A stretch of DNA of 64,000 nucleotides from an uncultured archaeon (lineage in GTDB: Archaea; Asgardarchaeota; Lokiarchaeia; Sigyniarchaeales; SOKP01): the NCBI GenBank assembly GCA_964508365.1, contig CAZDTP010000003.1:27559-91558 (forward strand). Direction: 5' to 3'. Position numbers and translations under genes: made by a program. The notes beneath the pieces were generated by a model. That model worked only from the letters and a program-made list of their open reading frames with translations, was not told the origin of the DNA and ran no database searches. Positions 44,740 through 54,524 of this stretch are shown here, in pieces. Every line of letters begins with the position of its first letter. Within the stretch, counting starts at the first letter, position 1.

Positions 44740-45882
44740 ATGAACAACGATGAATTTGATCTAAGCGAAATTGTAAAATCTAGAGAATCTGTTAGAACTA
44801 GGTTTAATGAGATAGCGCGTCAGAATGTTAAATCAAATAACGTGTCAAATCTAGATAACGACACTTATCTAGCGGATCTGCTAAAAGTTATAAAAATTAA
44901 GTCTTTAGTTATTGGAGTCGGTGGAGCTGGGAATAACACCGTATCGAGAATGCACGATATTGACTCTGATTACATCGACTCGCTCACTATTAATACGGAT
45001 GCTCACGATTTATATTACTCAAATTCTAGCCAGAAACTTTTAATCGGAAAAGAGATTTGCAACGGATTAGGGTCTGGTAATGATCCCAGCATCGGTAGTG
45101 CGGCTGCTGAAGAAGATGTAGATCGCCTTTCTCAAGTGTTAAACGCTGATGTAGTTTTCCTTACTTTTGGCTTGGGTGGTGGTACTGGTACTGGTGCAGC
45201 TCCTATTATTGCTAGGGAAGCCAAAAAAAATAATGCCACAGTTGTATCGTTTTGTTCAGTACCTTTTAAATCTGAAGGAGTGGAACGAAATTTAAGAGCA
45301 AGAAAAGGTCTAGAGGAACTTATGAAATATTCTGATACATTAATCCCTATACCAAATGATAATCTTCTCCGATTTAACCAAAAATTACCTATTCTAGCAG
45401 GTTTTAAGATTATGGATGAGGTTTTAATCAGGTGTATTAAAGAAATAATTAATCTAATAAATAACTGTGGTTTGATTAATATTGATTACGCAGATGTTAG
45501 AAAAGTTTTAGAAAAAAAGGGAAATTACCCTTCTGGGCTAATTGGTATTACAGAATCGTTAGGTGAAGAAAGAGATTTAATAAGAAAGTCTAAACTAGCA
45601 TTACATAATCCTCTTTTAGAACCGGACATAAAAAAAGTTGATAAATGCATAGTTTCTGTTTCTGGTGATCATCAATTATCGTTATCTAATATTGATAGGA
45701 TTATTTCAACAATTTCAAGTGAAATCCCCGAGGATGCATCTCTTAAATTCGGAACTTCATTAAATCCAACCCTAGGATCGAAAATTAGGATTATGGCGTT
45801 AGGGCGAGGCCCAATCTCGCCATATGTTCAAGCGGCAATAGATGGGACTGAATTTCCACACACTCACATAAGCCAGCTGTAA
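44740..45882 (+). CDS. ftsZ: cell-division GTPase FtsZ (tubulin/FtsZ family)
   Basis: VIGVGGAGNNTVSRM, the tubulin signature GLGGGTGTGAAPIIA and the T7 loop NIDYADV are present. It has a ~50-aa N-terminal extension. Confidence 0.9.
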   Translation: MNNDEFDLSEIVKSRESVRTRFNEIARQNVKSNNVSNLDNDTYLADLLKVIKIKSLVIGVGGAGNNTVSRMHDIDSDYIDSLTINTDAHDLYYSNSSQKLLIGKEICNGLGSGNDPSIGSAAAEEDVDRLSQVLNADVVFLTFGLGGGTGTGAAPIIAREAKKNNATVVSFCSVPFKSEGVERNLRARKGLEELMKYSDTLIPIPNDNLLRFNQKLPILAGFKIMDEVLIRCIKEIINLINNCGLINIDYADVRKVLEKKGNYPSGLIGITESLGEERDLIRKSKLALHNPLLEPDIKKVDKCIVSVSGDHQLSLSNIDRIISTISSEIPEDASLKFGTSLNPTLGSKIRIMALGRGPISPYVQAAIDGTEFPHTHISQL

Positions 45883-46002
45883 AAAATTTTTATGTAAAAC
45901 GGGTATTTAATAATCAAACTACATCATTCATTAAACTTTTTTTTAAAAAAATCTTATAACTAATAACAATTGCGATTAGGTGAATCTATCATCGGAAATA
46001 AA

Positions 46003-46440
46003 ATGTCAGAAGAGGATTTAAAAAAAAAAATCCGAGATTTTTTAGATAAAAGAAAGATACTCGTACTTTGTACTTGTTCGGATAACACGCCTCGCGCAAC
46101 ACCTATGGATTTTTACATGGATAAGAAATCTAATGATTTTAATATATATGTAGGACCTGCTCCTGGGAGAAAGGTAAAAAACATCGAAGAAAATCCAAAT
46201 GTCAGTATTGGGATATATACACCAATGAACACTGGTAAAATACAGGGCATGCAAATTACAGCATCCGGGAAAGAAAGACTGATTTTTTTGAGGGAAGGGG
46301 ACAAAGATTTTGATGAAGCTCAAAAAATAGTGCGGGGAAAGAGAAAGCTCCTCTTGAAGATCATTCCAGAGAAAATCGAATTACTAGATTATGATTTCAT
46401 TAAAAAAGGGTATTCAAGACTTCAATATTTAGAATTATAG
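46003..46440 (+). CDS. pyridoxamine-5'-phosphate-oxidase-like FMN-binding split-barrel protein
   Basis: KILVLCTCSDNTPRATPMDFY...PNVSIGIY...GMQITASG follows the PNPOx-like beta-barrel pattern. An alternative TTG start at 45970 adds 11 codons. Confidence 0.55.
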   Translation: MSEEDLKKKIRDFLDKRKILVLCTCSDNTPRATPMDFYMDKKSNDFNIYVGPAPGRKVKNIEENPNVSIGIYTPMNTGKIQGMQITASGKERLIFLREGDKDFDEAQKIVRGKRKLLLKIIPEKIELLDYDFIKKGYSRLQYLEL

Positions 46441-46453
46441 TAAATTTAAAATC

Positions 46454-46744
46454 TTAGATACTGAAATTACAAGAGAACTGAAATTAGAAGGAATAGCTAG
46501 AAATTTAATAAGAAATATTAATAACCACAGAAAGAAAATGAGATTATCAACGAAAAACAGAATAAGATTATATTTAAATGCTGAAGACGATGAGATTTTA
46601 GCATCAATATCTAAGTATCAAAATTACATCAAAAAAATGGTACAAGCAGATATAATTTTTGATAAATTAGATAATAACAGAGAGATAAAGATATTTAAAG
46701 TAAACCAGAGCGAAGTTTCAACCTATCTCGAGGTAATAACTTAA
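46454..46744 (+). pseudogene. ileS: isoleucyl-tRNA synthetase C-terminal remnant (last ~95 codons only)
   Basis: The frame open from 46433 reads LDTEITRELKLEGIARNLIRNINNHRKKMRLSTKNRIRLYLNAEDDEILASISKYQNYI... This is the IleRS C-terminal block (LD..it.eL..EG.aRe..r.iq..RK...l...drI.l). No catalytic domain lies upstream. Confidence 0.6.
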
Positions 46745-46846
46745 TATTACTTATTTATTTTTGAAATTTAAGAAGTGAACATAAAGAAAGAAGAAAGAAA
46801 TAATATTAGTTCTTAGATGTTATTTTTTAAAAGTTAATTTTTGGAA

Positions 46847-47155
46847 CTACTTTTTTAACATCAGCTTTATTGCTTCATCAGCATCCATAAGTAACTCCAT
46901 TGTGTATGTAACTCCTTCTACCGAAGCATAAAAACTAAATCTTTTAGAAAGAGCAGTAAAACCTTCAACAATTTTATCATCCGGGCATTCATATATAGCG
47001 TAAGTTTTATGTCTATCATCAGTTACTTGTGCTGCCCAAGCTCCTACTTTCTTTAAATAATCAGGATAAACTGGTTTATTTGAAGACATATAGTTTTTTA
47101 TTACTTCATTAATTTTATGAGGAGGGTATTTAGATATCATCATTATTTTAGCCAT
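46847..47155 (-). CDS. hypothetical protein
   Basis: 102-aa ORF with globular-looking composition. I recognise no motif. Confidence 0.4.
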   Translation of the reverse strand: MAKIMMISKYPPHKINEVIKNYMSSNKPVYPDYLKKVGAWAAQVTDDRHKTYAIYECPDDKIVEGFTALSKRFSFYASVEGVTYTMELLMDADEAIKLMLKK

Positions 47156-47353
47156 ACAATTTTCACCATTTTACCTATTTTTTAATTTTGGATTAGAAAT
47201 GTTAAGAAATAGTATGAAATTTCTCTATAAAAACTTTTACAATTTAGTAAAATAAAAACTCTCAAGTTTTATTATACCACCTTTCAAATTTGATTTCCTT
47301 AATTTAGAAGAAAAGATTTTAGGAAATCATTAATTGTACTAATTAAATATCAG

Positions 47354-50341
47354 ATGATCATCAACACCAAGCTTTTGATTAATATGTTATCCGATGAAGA
47401 TAGAAAGCAATTAAAAGGCGCTAATAACGATAAAGAGCTTAAAAAAATATTCAAATTAATCGCATCAAATAATCCCGACGAATTCTTTCCAACCGAGGAA
47501 CTGAAACATTTGGGTTACATTAGAAGGCAATGTGAATGTTGCGGTGTTTATTTCTGGACCACCATCAATGAAAGAAAGGTATGTGGAGATCCTGTTTGTT
47601 CTGGGGGATTTCAAGTCACTATTAATAATCCTGCGAAAGTAAAGCTCTCCTATATTGGTGTATGGAAAAAAATTGTTGAGATACTAGAGCCTCGGGGGTA
47701 CGTCCCTATTAAAAGATACCCCTGCGTAGCAAGATGGAACCCTACTTCAGAATTCACTATAGCATCAATTTCTGCTTTTCAACCTTATGTTATTACGGGT
47801 GAAGTTGAACCACCTGCAAAAAAATTAATAATACCTCAATTCTGTTTAAGATTTAATGATATTGAAAATGTAGGAGTAACTTCAAGCCACAACACTGGCT
47901 TCGTAATGATAGGGCAGCATTTTTTTGGTACATCTTTAGAGTGGAATCAAGGAGAATTCTTTTTAGACATTCATGCTTTTATCCACGAAGGTGTAGGTTT
48001 ACCAAAGGAAGAAATCACGATTCACGAAGACAGCTGGGCAGGAGGTGGCTCCTTTGGATGTAGTCTTGAATTTTTTAGTCGAGGAGTCGAATTGTTCAAT
48101 CAAGTGTATACTATGTTTGAGCAAACTCCAGATGGCCCTCGAGAATTGAGTTTAAAAGTTTTAGATATGGGGCTAGGTCAAGAACGTGTAGCATGGTTCT
48201 CCCAAGGAACTCCAAACATTTACGAAGCAACATTTCCATTTGTGATCTCTAAATTAAAAGACATTACCAAAGTTAAAACACATTTTGAGTTATATAATAA
48301 ATTTTCGAGATACTCTGCTTATTTAAACATAGATGAAGTAGACGACATGGATGCAGCCTGGGAGAAAGTAGGAATAGAGCTTAATATAGATGTAAATGAG
48401 TTGAAAGAAAAGATTTTACCTATGACAGCGATATACTCTATTGCTGACCATGCTAGGACTTTACTATTTGCAATAAACGATGGAAAACTACCCTCAAATG
48501 TTGGGGGAGGATACAACCTAAGAGTTATATTAAGACGCGCTTTAAGTTTTATCGATAAATTTGGTTGGGATATCGAAATTTCTGATGTTTGTAATTGGCA
48601 TGCGAAAGAACTGAAAGAACTATTTCCGGAAGTTTCTGAACGGTTAGATGAAATAAAGAAGATTTTGAGCGTTGAAAAAGAGAAGTTTTATACTACAAAA
48701 CGAAAAGCGAGTAAAATGCTAGAAAAATTACTTGCTGAAGGAGATATTTCTACCGAAACATTGATAGAAATTTATGATTCAAGAGGCATAAATCCAGAGA
48801 TGGTTAAAGAAATGGCGACAAAATTTGGCAAAAAAATCAAAATTCCTGACAATTTTTATAGTCTAGTAGTAGAAAGACACGAAAATAGAGAAAAAATCGA
48901 CGCTATATTAGACGAAATCAAATTAGACTTAAATAATGTTTTAGAAACCAAATCTCTTTACTATTACAATTATACTGAGACATCTAACAATGCTAAAGTA
49001 TTAAAACTAATTGGAAATAATGTAATCCTTGATCAATCCGTTGCTTATCCAACATCCGGTGGGCAGGAACATGATGTTGGAACTATTAATGGTCAAAAAT
49101 TCAATAATGTGTTTAAACAGGGTACTCACGTTATTCATGTTTTATCTGAAAAACCTAAATTCAAAGAAGGAGATATGGTTAAAGTTGAAGTTGATAAAAA
49201 GTGGCGCACACAACTTTCTCAACATCATACTGCTACTCATATTGTAAATGCTGCAGCTCGTTTTGTATTGGGGGCCCATATTAATCAAGCTGGAGCGAAG
49301 AAGACTATGAAACATTCCACCTTGGATATTACTCATTACGAACAGATTTCTCGAGAAGATCTGTTAAAAATAGAAAAAAAAGCAAATGAAATAGTTGACA
49401 ATGCAATTGATATGAAACTCTTTTTTATACCCCGTTCTGAGGCTGAACAGAAATATGGTATGGCAATTTACCAAGGAGGTGCTGTTCCTGGAAAAAGCAT
49501 TAGAATCGTTGAGATTCCAGATGTGGATGTAGAAGCTTGTGGTGGTACGCATTTGAATAATACTTCAGAGACAGGGAGAATTAAAATAATTAAATCACAA
49601 AAAATACAAGACGGAATTGTCAGATTAACATTTACAGCAGGCTCAGCGACTAAGGAACTTGAAGGAGAGGAATCTCGAATCTTGGATCAATTAAAAACTT
49701 TATTGGATGTTCCACAGAATCAAATTGTTGGACGAGTTGAAGAGTTATTAGAAAAGTGGAAAAATTTAAACAAATCACTACAAACTGGAAAAGTAAATGA
49801 AAAAGATCTAACGCTTAAATCAGAGCTTATACACGAAACGAAGATTTTAACAGAATTATCGAGAATTTTAAACACAAAAAAAGAAGATATTCCTCTAAAA
49901 GTAAATAAAATCTATTCTGAATGGAAAAATGCCAAATCTAAATTAAAAGATATAGAAGATTTGTATAACAAAGAATCCATTAAGCTCCTTGTCGAATCAG
50001 CAATTCCTTTGATGGACACAAAAATGATTCTTAAAACCTTCGATAATCTTTCTTTAAAAGATATTAAAAATCTTAGCGTGAATATTCTCCATATGTCTGA
50101 GGAATTAAGCACAATTATTATAAACAAAGATGAGAAGGGAATAAAAGTTATTGGAATGGTTGGTAAAGAACTTTTGAAAAAATCTGATTTCAACATGGGT
50201 AGTCTTGTTAAAAAAATCGCTTCAAAATACGGTGGCAAGGGCGGCGGTAAGAAAGATTATGGTCAAGTTTTTATCGGAGACATAGGTTTAGAAGTTGAAG
50301 AATTATTAAATTTTGTAAGAAAGATTTTATCGAATTATTAG
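47354..50341 (+). CDS. alaS: alanyl-tRNA synthetase, archaeal type
   Basis: N-terminal CECCGVYFWT...CGDPVC is an archaeal AlaRS feature. The editing domain has QHHTATHIVNAAARFVLG and CGGTHL. A DHHA1-like C-terminus is present. 995 aa. Confidence 0.95.
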   Translation: MIINTKLLINMLSDEDRKQLKGANNDKELKKIFKLIASNNPDEFFPTEELKHLGYIRRQCECCGVYFWTTINERKVCGDPVCSGGFQVTINNPAKVKLSYIGVWKKIVEILEPRGYVPIKRYPCVARWNPTSEFTIASISAFQPYVITGEVEPPAKKLIIPQFCLRFNDIENVGVTSSHNTGFVMIGQHFFGTSLEWNQGEFFLDIHAFIHEGVGLPKEEITIHEDSWAGGGSFGCSLEFFSRGVELFNQVYTMFEQTPDGPRELSLKVLDMGLGQERVAWFSQGTPNIYEATFPFVISKLKDITKVKTHFELYNKFSRYSAYLNIDEVDDMDAAWEKVGIELNIDVNELKEKILPMTAIYSIADHARTLLFAINDGKLPSNVGGGYNLRVILRRALSFIDKFGWDIEISDVCNWHAKELKELFPEVSERLDEIKKILSVEKEKFYTTKRKASKMLEKLLAEGDISTETLIEIYDSRGINPEMVKEMATKFGKKIKIPDNFYSLVVERHENREKIDAILDEIKLDLNNVLETKSLYYYNYTETSNNAKVLKLIGNNVILDQSVAYPTSGGQEHDVGTINGQKFNNVFKQGTHVIHVLSEKPKFKEGDMVKVEVDKKWRTQLSQHHTATHIVNAAARFVLGAHINQAGAKKTMKHSTLDITHYEQISREDLLKIEKKANEIVDNAIDMKLFFIPRSEAEQKYGMAIYQGGAVPGKSIRIVEIPDVDVEACGGTHLNNTSETGRIKIIKSQKIQDGIVRLTFTAGSATKELEGEESRILDQLKTLLDVPQNQIVGRVEELLEKWKNLNKSLQTGKVNEKDLTLKSELIHETKILTELSRILNTKKEDIPLKVNKIYSEWKNAKSKLKDIEDLYNKESIKLLVESAIPLMDTKMILKTFDNLSLKDIKNLSVNILHMSEELSTIIINKDEKGIKVIGMVGKELLKKSDFNMGSLVKKIASKYGGKGGGKKDYGQVFIGDIGLEVEELLNFVRKILSNY

Positions 50342-50501
50342 TATCCGAATATATATTTAAAAAATTTCTTTACAAAATCTGCTTTTTTTTAGATTAGGAT
50401 ATCTTTCTGAACTATATAGAATCTATATATTATGTCGAAATTATTTAAATAAGAACGAAATCTCTTATAATATAAGAAAAAACGAAGAAATTAGATGAAC
50501 T

Positions 50502-50663
50502 ATGTTTGAAGAAATCTTAGATGAAATGAACGAAAAGGTAGAAGATCATCCAGAACTCAAGAGGAATTATACGGAAACACCTTTTGAAAAATCAATTGAT
50601 ATTATTCTGGATCAGATTAATTTAGATATAGTTAAAATCTTAAGATATAACAGAATTGAATAG
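50502..50663 (+). CDS. hypothetical acidic small protein (53 aa, below the ORF-track cutoff)
   Basis: My manual translation gives MFEEILDEMNEKVEDHPELKRNYTETPFEKSIDIILDQINLDIVKILRYNRIE. No motif. Confidence 0.2.
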   Translation: MFEEILDEMNEKVEDHPELKRNYTETPFEKSIDIILDQINLDIVKILRYNRIE

Positions 50664-50674
50664 TGAAATTTAAT

Positions 50675-50836
50675 ATGAAGTTAGTATATCAAGAATTTAT
50701 ATGTCCTGAATGTGGCCAAGTTAGATGGCTAAAAGTTGAAAATATGTGCGTAGATTGTAAAGATAAGCTGTTTTTAGATGAAGTGTCTCAATCTAGAAAA
50801 GAGCAACATGTTTTTAACGAGCAAATATGTTTTTAA
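50675..50836 (+). CDS. small zinc-ribbon protein (53 aa, below the ORF-track cutoff)
   Basis: My manual translation gives MKLVYQEFICPECGQVRWLKVENMCVDCKDKLF..., with CPEC-x11-CVDC. Confidence 0.3.
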   Translation: MKLVYQEFICPECGQVRWLKVENMCVDCKDKLFLDEVSQSRKEQHVFNEQICF

Positions 50837-51013
50837 AAAAAAGGTAGAAACTTACCTTAATAACTTAATTTTTTAATTTAAGATTTTTTATTTAGAATTT
50901 ATTAGATTGGTTTTCTTAGAATTTAATTAAATTCATTAATATTGTTAAAATTTTATATACATTAAAACACCTTATATATATAATAGTTTGTTAAGAGATG
51001 GAGATGAGAGATT

Positions 51014-51820
51014 TTGGTTGAAATTGTTCATATTTCTGACTTACATTATGGTAGCGAGTTTGTTAGTGAGTATCTTGAAAATATTATAAGTTTTATCAGG
51101 GACGAAAAGCCAGATGTGGTAGTGTGTACTGGGGATTTAGTTCATAAAGGGAGAGTTACTCAATTTCAAGCGATTCTTCCTTATATTCAGAGAATAAGGA
51201 GTATCACCAAATTTTTAGTAGTGCCAGGTAACCACGATGCGAAAAATTCAGGTATAATTTACTTCGAGAAAATAATTGGGCCTCGACGCTCCAGATTAGT
51301 AATGGATGAATTGGACACCATAATTGTTGGAGTCTGCTCAGCGAGGGATGACATGAGCGAAGGAATGATTGGGGACGAACAGCTAGACTACCTCGGCAGG
51401 AGCTTCAATAAAAACTTAGAAAATAGGATAATGGCACTTCACCATCACTTAATACCTGTACCTCTTTCAGGGCAAAAATTCACAACAGTGAGAGATGCGG
51501 GAGAAATTCTCGAGTTTACCCAACTATTCGAACTAGATTTGGTTTTAATGGGACATAGACACGTTCCACATGCTTATGTAATCGGACCAACAACATTCCT
51601 CTACTGTGGCACATCTGCTTCTAATAAAGTGAGAGCAGACGATAGTCCTAGCTTCAATCACATTTTTTTAAATGAGGGTGATATCGAAGTCTATATGGTT
51701 AATTCAACAAATCTCGAAAAACACCTACTACTGGAACGAAAATTAAGTCGTACTAAATTTGTTAGACCACGAAGAACGCGAATAGAGCATCTATTAAGCT
51801 CTGATGTATGGGATGATTAA
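51014..51820 (+). CDS. calcineurin-like metallophosphoesterase
   Basis: ISDLHYG, CTGDLVHKG, VPGNHD, LHHHL and GHRHVP cover the complete metallophosphoesterase motif set. TTG start. Confidence 0.85.
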   Translation: MVEIVHISDLHYGSEFVSEYLENIISFIRDEKPDVVVCTGDLVHKGRVTQFQAILPYIQRIRSITKFLVVPGNHDAKNSGIIYFEKIIGPRRSRLVMDELDTIIVGVCSARDDMSEGMIGDEQLDYLGRSFNKNLENRIMALHHHLIPVPLSGQKFTTVRDAGEILEFTQLFELDLVLMGHRHVPHAYVIGPTTFLYCGTSASNKVRADDSPSFNHIFLNEGDIEVYMVNSTNLEKHLLLERKLSRTKFVRPRRTRIEHLLSSDVWDD

Positions 51821-51822
51821 AA

Positions 51823-52242
51823 ATGGCAAGACCTATAACTCCAATAGTGGCTGTTGATGCGGTTATAAGATTTAAAAAAACTTCGATAGTGCTAATTCGG
51901 AGGAAAAATCCCCCCTTTAAAGGAGAGTTCGCTTTACCTGGAGGATTTGTTGATGTTGGAGAGAGCGTCGAGGACGCGTGTATTAGAGAAGCTTATGAAG
52001 AAACAAATATTAAGGTAAAAATTAAAAAACTGATTGGTGTTTTTTCAGCACCCAATAGAGATCCTAGAGGACATACCATATCAGTAGCTTATTTATGTGA
52101 ACCATTAACAAATTCAGAGAAGCCAATGGCCAAAGACGATGCTCAGTCTTTAAAAATTGTAAAATTAACAGATATTTCATCTTTAAAACTAGCGTTTGAT
52201 CATAAAGATATCATAAATGCGTCAGGTATTATTAAGATTTAG
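51823..52242 (+). CDS. NUDIX hydrolase
   Basis: The Nudix box GGFVDVGESVEDACIREAYEETNI (Gx5Ex7REUxEExGU) is present. Confidence 0.9.
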   Translation: MARPITPIVAVDAVIRFKKTSIVLIRRKNPPFKGEFALPGGFVDVGESVEDACIREAYEETNIKVKIKKLIGVFSAPNRDPRGHTISVAYLCEPLTNSEKPMAKDDAQSLKIVKLTDISSLKLAFDHKDIINASGIIKI

Positions 52243-52257
52243 AAAGTATATTATCAT

Positions 52258-53031
52258 TTAATCGAAAATCTTTTTATAACACTCGCAACAAGGAATTCCA
52301 AGACTAATTTTATTGGAGTAATCAACTCTTATTTCCTCAATATTATTAACTAATCTGATTAGGCTCTCTTTAAATTTCAATACTTCGGGATCCAAAATAT
52401 TTTTATATATATTTTTTAATCCAACATTGTTATGAATTCTCTTTTTGCAAATGGGGCATCGATCAAAGAAATTTTTTAACCTTATCAATTGCTCGTCTTC
52501 TTTATTAATAGTTAAACGAAAGTGAGATAAAGTGTGTCCTGGATGTAGTGTTATAATTAATTTCTTAAATATTTCCTCTAAATTTTCTTCTAGACTTAAT
52601 AGCGAGGTGTGTTCGATATATACGAGGTCTTCCTCAGCTATCAAGTTATTAATCGCTTCTTCTGATACTTCCCTATTTGCTAAATTGGCTTTGATCCCAA
52701 TTAAAATAATTGGAATATCATTCACATTCTCCTTAAAAAGAGTTATCCACCTATTTAAGTCGGAGAAAGTTTCTTTATTAGATATGTTAAAGCATAACAA
52801 TCCTGTACAGGCACCTCGACAGAATACAGGAAAAAGAAACCTAAATCTTTTGCTATCTTTCAAATCCCAAATAATAAACTTATAGTTATCTTCCTCATTA
52901 ACTTGACATTCCACAGATTTAAACGAAACACCAATCGGGCTTCCGTTATTTCCATTATTATCAATAACGGTATTTTTACCCGAGTTAAATGATCCTCCTA
53001 AAACCAATTTTAACTTATAAGATTTGGGCAT
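52258..53031 (-). CDS. Rab/Ras-like small-GTPase-fold protein with degenerate G motifs and C-terminal zinc ribbon
   Basis: It aligns by eye with Rab along the whole G domain: KLVLGGSFNSGKNT / IIWDLKDSKRFRFL / ILIGIKANL versus GDSGVGKS / WDTAGQERF / NKxD. The G1 Ser/Thr, G3 Gly and G4 NKxD are all substituted. The C-terminus has CPICKK...CCEC. Confidence 0.65.
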   Translation of the reverse strand: MPKSYKLKLVLGGSFNSGKNTVIDNNGNNGSPIGVSFKSVECQVNEEDNYKFIIWDLKDSKRFRFLFPVFCRGACTGLLCFNISNKETFSDLNRWITLFKENVNDIPIILIGIKANLANREVSEEAINNLIAEEDLVYIEHTSLLSLEENLEEIFKKLIITLHPGHTLSHFRLTINKEDEQLIRLKNFFDRCPICKKRIHNNVGLKNIYKNILDPEVLKFKESLIRLVNNIEEIRVDYSNKISLGIPCCECYKKIFD

Positions 53032-53112
53032 TTTAACTATTCTCGTTAATTACTCGAGGACATATTATAAGGCTTCATGTTCTAATAAAAATCCACTCTA
53101 AAAAATATTACT

Positions 53113-53505
53113 CTATTTAATTTCAAATAAATTCCCATAAAAATCTTTTAAAAATAAGTAGAAACTATCACTATTTTTTCTAGGTACTTGAATCACTTCA
53201 AAATTTAATTCTTTCGCTCTTTCGATTAATTTATTACGATCCTCAACGATTAAGCAAGTATGGGTAAATTTATCTTGTGCTTGATTTTTATCGTCAGTTA
53301 TAAACGCTTCCACGCCCAAATCTTCATTTTCATATCTAAGAACCCTCTGTTCCTTCTTAATATTAAAAAATTTTTCCATTAAGTCATCAGATACTACAAA
53401 GGATCTAACTTTTTTCATATTTAAGAGATTAATGAAAAATTCATCTGCCTTTTCTTCGCTATTTGAGCTTACTGCAATATGCTCTATTTTCAAAATTAAT
53501 ATCAC
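53113..53505 (-). CDS. VOC/glyoxalase-family protein
   Basis: IEHIAVSSNSEEKADEFFINLLNM ... THTCLIVEDRNKLIERAKE ... FLKDFYGNLFEI follows the paired beta-alpha-beta-beta-beta VOC pattern. Confidence 0.55.
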   Translation of the reverse strand: MILILKIEHIAVSSNSEEKADEFFINLLNMKKVRSFVVSDDLMEKFFNIKKEQRVLRYENEDLGVEAFITDDKNQAQDKFTHTCLIVEDRNKLIERAKELNFEVIQVPRKNSDSFYLFLKDFYGNLFEIK

Positions 53506-53631
53506 TTATCTTTTTGAGTTTTTCTGAAATTTATTAATGTATTACTTATCTTAAATGAAACTTTAATAATTTTTAGTGTTTAATATTTATTAATTTTAAA
53601 TTGAGTAGCTAGAAAGTTAAGGGATTCTTGG

Positions 53632-54495
53632 ATGACTAATGTAACTTCAGAAATGTTTTTGAATAAACTATTTAGTGTTGTATACAAACTATATACTATT
53701 GCAAAAACACAATCCGAACGGCTTAAAAAGGAATGGGATGAAGATTTCGCCTTATTAACTGAAAAACCTCATTTAGTTCGCTACATTCGAGCTGAAAAAG
53801 AACAATTTCTGACCAATATAGATTATCGTATTAAAATTCTAAACACTATAAAGTTATCGTTTGAGGATGGATTCTATTCTATAAAATCCATATTAAATGC
53901 TCTATATCATTCGTATTTTAAGGATTCAGAAATCTTTACACAGAATTTTTTTGGAGAGGATCAAAATAAACTCAAGTACTTAGTGGCTAAAGAAATTTTG
54001 GGAAATTTAATTCAGTACAATCAACTTGATCATGAAACTGTACCAGTAAAATATAATATCCTAGCAAGAAATTACTTATTAATTAAATTTAAAGAACAGA
54101 GCGCTAAAGATATCAATGAGAACCTAAAAAAAATTAAAATAGCACTTAAACTCCCAGAATTAAAAAAAATCTTGAATGAGATAATTGCTGAAGGATTTTT
54201 AAAAAAAAAAAAGGTGGGCAAAATTATGTATTACAGTTTAAAACAGGAATTAGAATTGTCGGAAAAAGGTAAAGCAACTTACAATCAAACTATACGACCA
54301 TTAGTAGATTGGCCAACTTTGTTTTATCGTAGCTATTATAATATAAGAGAGTTAAATGTTACAGTGGATGACGATTCTAAGCATCCAGAGTTCCTCAATA
54401 CAGTTTTACAAAAAGCAGCTACACAAGGTTATACTGCTTGCCACTATGTCTTTAAAAATTTAGTAAAATATTACGAGAAATTAAAAGATGAGTAG
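53632..54495 (+). CDS. hypothetical protein (possible internal wHTH)
   Basis: 287-aa ORF. LKKILNEIIAEGFLKKKKVGKIMYYSLK looks like a winged-helix wing. Otherwise unrecognised. Confidence 0.35.
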   Translation: MTNVTSEMFLNKLFSVVYKLYTIAKTQSERLKKEWDEDFALLTEKPHLVRYIRAEKEQFLTNIDYRIKILNTIKLSFEDGFYSIKSILNALYHSYFKDSEIFTQNFFGEDQNKLKYLVAKEILGNLIQYNQLDHETVPVKYNILARNYLLIKFKEQSAKDINENLKKIKIALKLPELKKILNEIIAEGFLKKKKVGKIMYYSLKQELELSEKGKATYNQTIRPLVDWPTLFYRSYYNIRELNVTVDDDSKHPEFLNTVLQKAATQGYTACHYVFKNLVKYYEKLKDE

Positions 54496-54524
54496 TATTT
54501 TTCCGCTGTGAATATTAATCCTGC

